A stretch of 64,000 nt of DNA from assembly GCA_000004695.1 (NCBI GenBank), contig CM000150.2, positions 192,001 to 256,000 of the forward strand. The letters are read 5' to 3'. The notes under the pieces are model-generated. The model had not been told where the DNA came from. It saw nothing but the letters and a program-made list of their open reading frames with translations, and ran no database searches. The position numbers and the translations under genes were made by a program. The DNA is from Dictyostelium discoideum. Taxonomy: Eukaryota. Shown in pieces: positions 59,537 through 64,000 of this stretch (position 1 is the stretch's first letter; each line of letters starts with the position of its first letter).

Positions 59537-59652
59537 CTAAACAACACTAAGAAGAGCTAATAAAACAAAAGAAAGAACAGCAATTGAAAACTTTAAGAAA
59601 GTTGTTGAAGAAGGACTTGTCGAAGAGGGTATATTTGGTTGCTGTTGAATTG

Positions 59653-59683
<31 letters not shown>

Positions 59684-59726
59684 TTGTTGTTGCTGTTGTT
59701 GTTGTAGAATTGGTTGTTGTTGTTGC

Positions 59727-59757
<31 letters not shown>

Positions 59758-60874
59758 GCTTTAAATTATTATTATTAAATTGATAATTATTTGATAATAA
59801 ATGTTGTTTTTCAGAGAATTGAGAAGCATGAATTGAAGGTAAAGGATAAATTATAGAGAAAATTTGAAGAGGATATTTTGGATTATCGATTGAGCCAATT
59901 AAAAGAAAACTAATAGTACATGGACTATCATAGATTGGATGTAAATTTTCAGGCAAGGTTAATTGTTTTTTTTCGTTATCAGTCTCGTGAATGAAAACTT
60001 GATATGGATTTGATTTTGGTATTGAGATAAAGTTTGTAGAGGCACCAAAACTTTTACTCCTCATATGATTACGATCACCAATGTACTCTACATTTGAAAA
60101 CAGTGTGGCGGCATTCACCAAACTAAAATCAACACCAACTCTAACATCTGCTGAACAATGAATAAATCTAAGTGTAGTTCTCTTTTTTAATGATGGAAAA
60201 TTAAAATTATCTGATAAAATTGTTATTGAATAATTTGATCCATCATCATCAATATCTTCATCACTATTATTATTATTGCTATTATTTTTATTATCTTCTT
60301 CCTGTTTTTGCTCTTCTTGTTTTTTAAAAATACCAGTAGTAATTAAAGTATAGTCTGTATCATTTTCAATTTGAAAACGTTTAAATTCTAAATGTTTTTT
60401 TGATTTTGAATCATACAAATCAATTTGTATTAAACCAATAGGTATTGTTATATATTCTGAAACTGATAGATAGGCTAAGTTTTTAAATGAAACACTATTA
60501 TTAAAAACTATATCAACACCATCACTTTCAATCACTGTATTAATTATTTTAATCTTTGAATATAATTTAATTTGTTCTTGTTGTTGTTCTTGTTGTTCTA
60601 CCAGTTTATCGTTATTTAAATTTAAGTTTAAAATATTATAAAAATTATTATTATTATTATTTCCGTTATTATTATTATTATTATTATTATAGTACGCGTT
60701 TACTTTTATATGTGATGATAATATTACTATTGCCAATATTATCATTAAAAAACTATATATATTCTTTTTATTTGGTATTATTATATTTATTATTGTATCC
60801 TCCGTTTTCCTTTTAAAATTAGTAACCCTATACTCTTCATTGTTAGAAATGTTTTTAATGAAAGATAATTTCAT
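59537..60874 (-). CDS. Hypothetical membrane-anchored protein (445 aa): N-terminal signal-anchor, polyN/polyQ tracts, C-terminal hydrophobic tail (possible GPI signal)
   Basis: Single ORF. Hydrophobic segments are FLMIILAIVILSSHI at the N-terminus and FLKFSIAVLSFVLLALLSVV at the C-terminus. No family was recognised. Confidence 0.45.
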
Positions 60875-61184
60875 TTGTCGTTTAACAATTGGGTTATTGT
60901 TATTTATTTATTATTTATTATTATTATTTACTATTATGATTATTATTGTTGATTATTATAATTATTATTATTACTATTATTATAATTATTATTATTTATC
61001 GTTCATTCAACCTATTTAACCGACCAAATGGAAATTTCCTTTTTTTTTTTTCCTTTTTTTTTTTTTTTTTTTTTTCTTTTTTTTTTTTTTTGAAAAATTA
61101 AAAATAAATTAATTAAATTGTAATAAAAATAAAAAAGAAAAAATAAAAAAATAAAAAAAATAAAAAAAATAAAAAATAAATTTA

Positions 61185-61218
<34 letters not shown>

Positions 61219-61566
61219 TAATTATTTGTTTGAGGAAAAAAAGACAAAAAATTTTTACCTACGATATAAAATAAAAATAGTAAATAAATAGTACTAATTC
61301 ACATGTGGGTTATGAAAATAAAAACAAAAAAAAATGTTTAATAATAATAATAATAATAATAATATAAAAATGTAAATTATTAAAAATAAAAGAAAAAAAA
61401 AAAGAAATCAAAATAATATATATTATTTATTATTTATTTTTATTATTGTTATGATTATTATTATTTTTATTATTACTATTATTTTTATTATGATGATTTA
61501 TTATTTTTAATATTTCTTAATAATCTAATAAATGCATATAAATCTTTATCTAATCTTTTTTGTGGA

Positions 61567-61598
<32 letters not shown>

Positions 61599-62496
61599 AA
61601 ATCAAAAATAGAAAAAAAAACAAAAAAACAAAAAAACAAAAAACAAAAAAAAAAATGAATAAATGCAAATAAATTGTTGGTTGATGAAATAAAATAATAA
61701 AAAAATAAAAATAAAAATATAAATAAAATAAAATAAATTAATAAAAGGACAAACTTCTCTTAATTTAAGGTGCTTTTTTAATAGAAATAAATTTTAAACA
61801 ATTTTTTTTTAAAAAAAAAAAACCAAAATAATTAAATAAAAAAAGAAAAAAGAAAAAAGAAAAAAAAATAAATAGAAATAAATTATTACTTTTTTTTTAT
61901 TTGTTTAAATTTTTATTTGTTTTTTTTTTTTATAAATATATTTTTTTTTTTTTCTTTTTTTTTATTTTTTTTTTTATATTTAAACAAAAATATGTCGATA
62001 GCCACATAGACAACTAACCAACTATGTGTTTATGTTAAAACCGACAAAAAAATAAAAAAAAAAAAAAATGAAAAAAAAAAAAAAAAAAAGTGAAAAAATA
62101 AGTTATATCGTTGATTTGCCTACTTTTGCAAGAAAACCATTTAACCTAATATAACCATCAAAACATTTTTTATTTTTTTATTTTTATTTTTATTTTTTTA
62201 TTTTTATTTTTTATTTTTTTTTCTTGGCTGAACAGGAAGTTTTTTTTTTTTTTTTTTTTTTTTTTCCTGATTCTAAACAAAAAATTTAATTTATTTCCAA
62301 AGCTTAAAAAAAGAAATAAAAAAAAACCTAAAATTGCCAAATCAAGAAGTTATTATTATTATTATCATCATCATTATTTTCTTTAAATACTATTACTTTT
62401 TTTATTTTTTTTATTTTTTTTAATTTTTTTTTTTTGTTTGTTTAATTTTTTATTTTTTAATTTTCTTTTTTTTTTTTTATTTTTTTTTGTGTCGCT

Positions 62497-63225
62497 TTAT
62501 TGTTTGTCAGATTCTTGTTTACTATCAAATACCTTCCATTTTCCATATCTACCTAATTGTGTGAGTTGAGCAACTTCATTAGCTACATGGCAACCTAAAA
62601 GCCAATAATTTGGTGGGTAAATGGCAATAGCCCATCTCATAAATACAGCACTATATACAGCAAGGGCTATTTATTTTATTTTTTTTTATTTTTTTATTAT
62701 TTTTTTTTTTTTGTAAAAATTACATTAATCAATCAAATCTATTTAATTATTATATTGTTATATTATTTATTATATTATTATATTACTATATTACTATATT
62801 ATTATATTGCTATATTACTATATTACTATTTATTATTTATTATTTATTATTTATTATTAATTATTGATTATTATTGATTATTTGGTATCGGAGTTAATAA
62901 TTTTACGTACTAGTTGTCATTATAGGATCCACTTTTTCTGGATCATTTTTTAAATTCATAAAAGACTAAAATGGAAAATAAAATAAAAAGTGTAAGTATT
63001 GTGAATCATTGAAATCAAGTATAAAGAAGAAGATCAAAATAAAATGATGATTGGCGGGGAGAGGGAGGGGGTTTAAAAATACTTACAGCAATAGGGATTG
63101 TCCAATTTGCAGCTGCACCCAAAAAGCCTACCATTTTAGTCCATCTTTCTATAAATTGTTTGATGTTAATAACAACAGTAATATATTAATATGGGGTTTG
63201 GTCCTAAAGAAATCTTACCTGCCAT
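62497..63225 (-). CDS. mpc1: Mitochondrial pyruvate carrier subunit (MPC1-like), 97 aa in four exons: 63219-63225, 63087-63148, 62911-62965, 62497-62666
   Basis: The assembled protein is [97 protein letters not shown]. It aligns with human MPC1 [71 protein letters not shown]. The donors are GTAAGA, GTAAGT and GTACGT, and all phases check. The total is 294 nt. Only the last exon and part of the first appear in the ORF track. Confidence 0.75.
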
Positions 63226-63306
63226 CTCTGTTGTATGTAAAATTATGAGAATTGAAAAATAAAAAAAATAAAAAAAAAATAAAAAAAAATAAAAAATAAA
63301 AATTAG

Positions 63307-63343
<37 letters not shown>

Positions 63344-63653
63344 GTAAAAACAAAACTTAAAAAAAAAAATAACAATTACTAATTAAATTAGGAAATTGTT
63401 TGGTTGGTGTATGGATTTTAAACTTAATTATTTGCAGATTTATAAATTAATTAATATTAATTCCATTTAATATTGTTTTTTTTTTTTATTTTTGTTTTTT
63501 TAAAAAAAAAAAATTAAATTTAATTTTTTATTTTTTTTTTTGTAATGTCATCAATTTTTTATTTTTTATTTTTTATTTTTTATTTTTTATTTTTTCTTTT
63601 TTATTTTTTATTTTTTTTTTCTTTCTCCGATAGACATTAAAATTTTAAAAACA

Positions 63654-63939
63654 ATGAATGCACTTAGAGGATTATTAAATAAATATACAGGTAATCAAAT
63701 TGTTTTTAGTAATAAATATGCAACCACTTTTTTTGAAAAATTCCCAAAATTAGCATTTTTAAACAATGGTAAATATTCATACATACACCTATATATAAAT
63801 AAATAAAGTGGGATTTATAAAATTCCAATTCAATAATATATTTATTAATATATTATTTTTAATTTCATATATAGTCACAAATTTAGCACCAGTAAGATAT
63901 ATTAGAATAGAAATTAGAAACACTTTTTTATTTACATAA
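63654..63939 (+). CDS. Possible small two-exon gene (59 aa): exons 63654-63768 and 63875-63939
   Basis: MNALRGLLNKYTGNQIVFSNKYATTFFEKFPKLAFLNN / VTNLAPVRYIRIEIRNTFLFT, joined by a phase-1 GTAAAT...atatag intron. No family was recognised, and the support is weak. Confidence 0.25.
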
Positions 63940-64000
63940 TTTATTTAGCGAGAGAAGAAAGAGGATTATTAATATTTTCTTTTTTATTATTATTATAATA

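Overview
This window looks like nuclear DNA from a dictyostelid social amoeba, most likely Dictyostelium discoideum. The evidence is the roughly 75-80% A+T content, long poly(A)/poly(T) tracts, (CAA)n, (AAT)n and (ATT)n microsatellites that read through as polyQ, polyN and polyY/I, and short AT-rich introns of about 70-250 bp with GTAAGT/GTATGT donors and AG acceptors. It is eukaryotic and intron-containing, so there are no operons, CRISPR arrays or prokaryotic defence systems here. I reconstructed about 26 protein-coding genes by joining ORF-track segments across GT-AG introns and checking phase. Product calls are remembered family motifs only, because no search could be run. Confidently recognised genes are Nup93/Nic96 nucleoporin, a low-molecular-weight phosphotyrosine phosphatase, an adrenodoxin-type 2Fe-2S ferredoxin, a PI-PLC X-domain protein, a CH-LIM protein, a YME1/FtsH-type AAA metalloprotease, pyroglutamyl peptidase I, a dolichyl-diphosphatase-like PAP2 protein, a PH-CRIB p21-activated kinase (PakC-like), a Mei2-like double-RRM protein, a SET-domain (Rubisco LSMT-like) protein, MSH6, a BRCT-WGR-PARP polymerase, an APC-family transporter, a short-chain acyl-CoA synthetase, mitochondrial pyruvate carrier MPC1 and an AN1 zinc-finger protein. 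There is also a 2278-aa unidentified protein and several hypothetical genes. The accessory content is at 0.76-5.9 kb. A TRE5-A-like non-LTR retrotransposon (ORF1, truncated ORF2, oligo(A) tails, 16-bp target-site duplication) sits 48 bp upstream of a degenerate tRNA-like pol III unit. Both lie inside a short AT-rich element with ~30-bp terminal inverted repeats, and a further copy of that element is at 5.66-5.92 kb. The most unusual gene is a small two-exon gene at 39.4-40.0 kb: its second exon is 3.8 near-identical 105-bp tandem repeats (35-aa units) and uses C-ending codons that are atypical for this genome.
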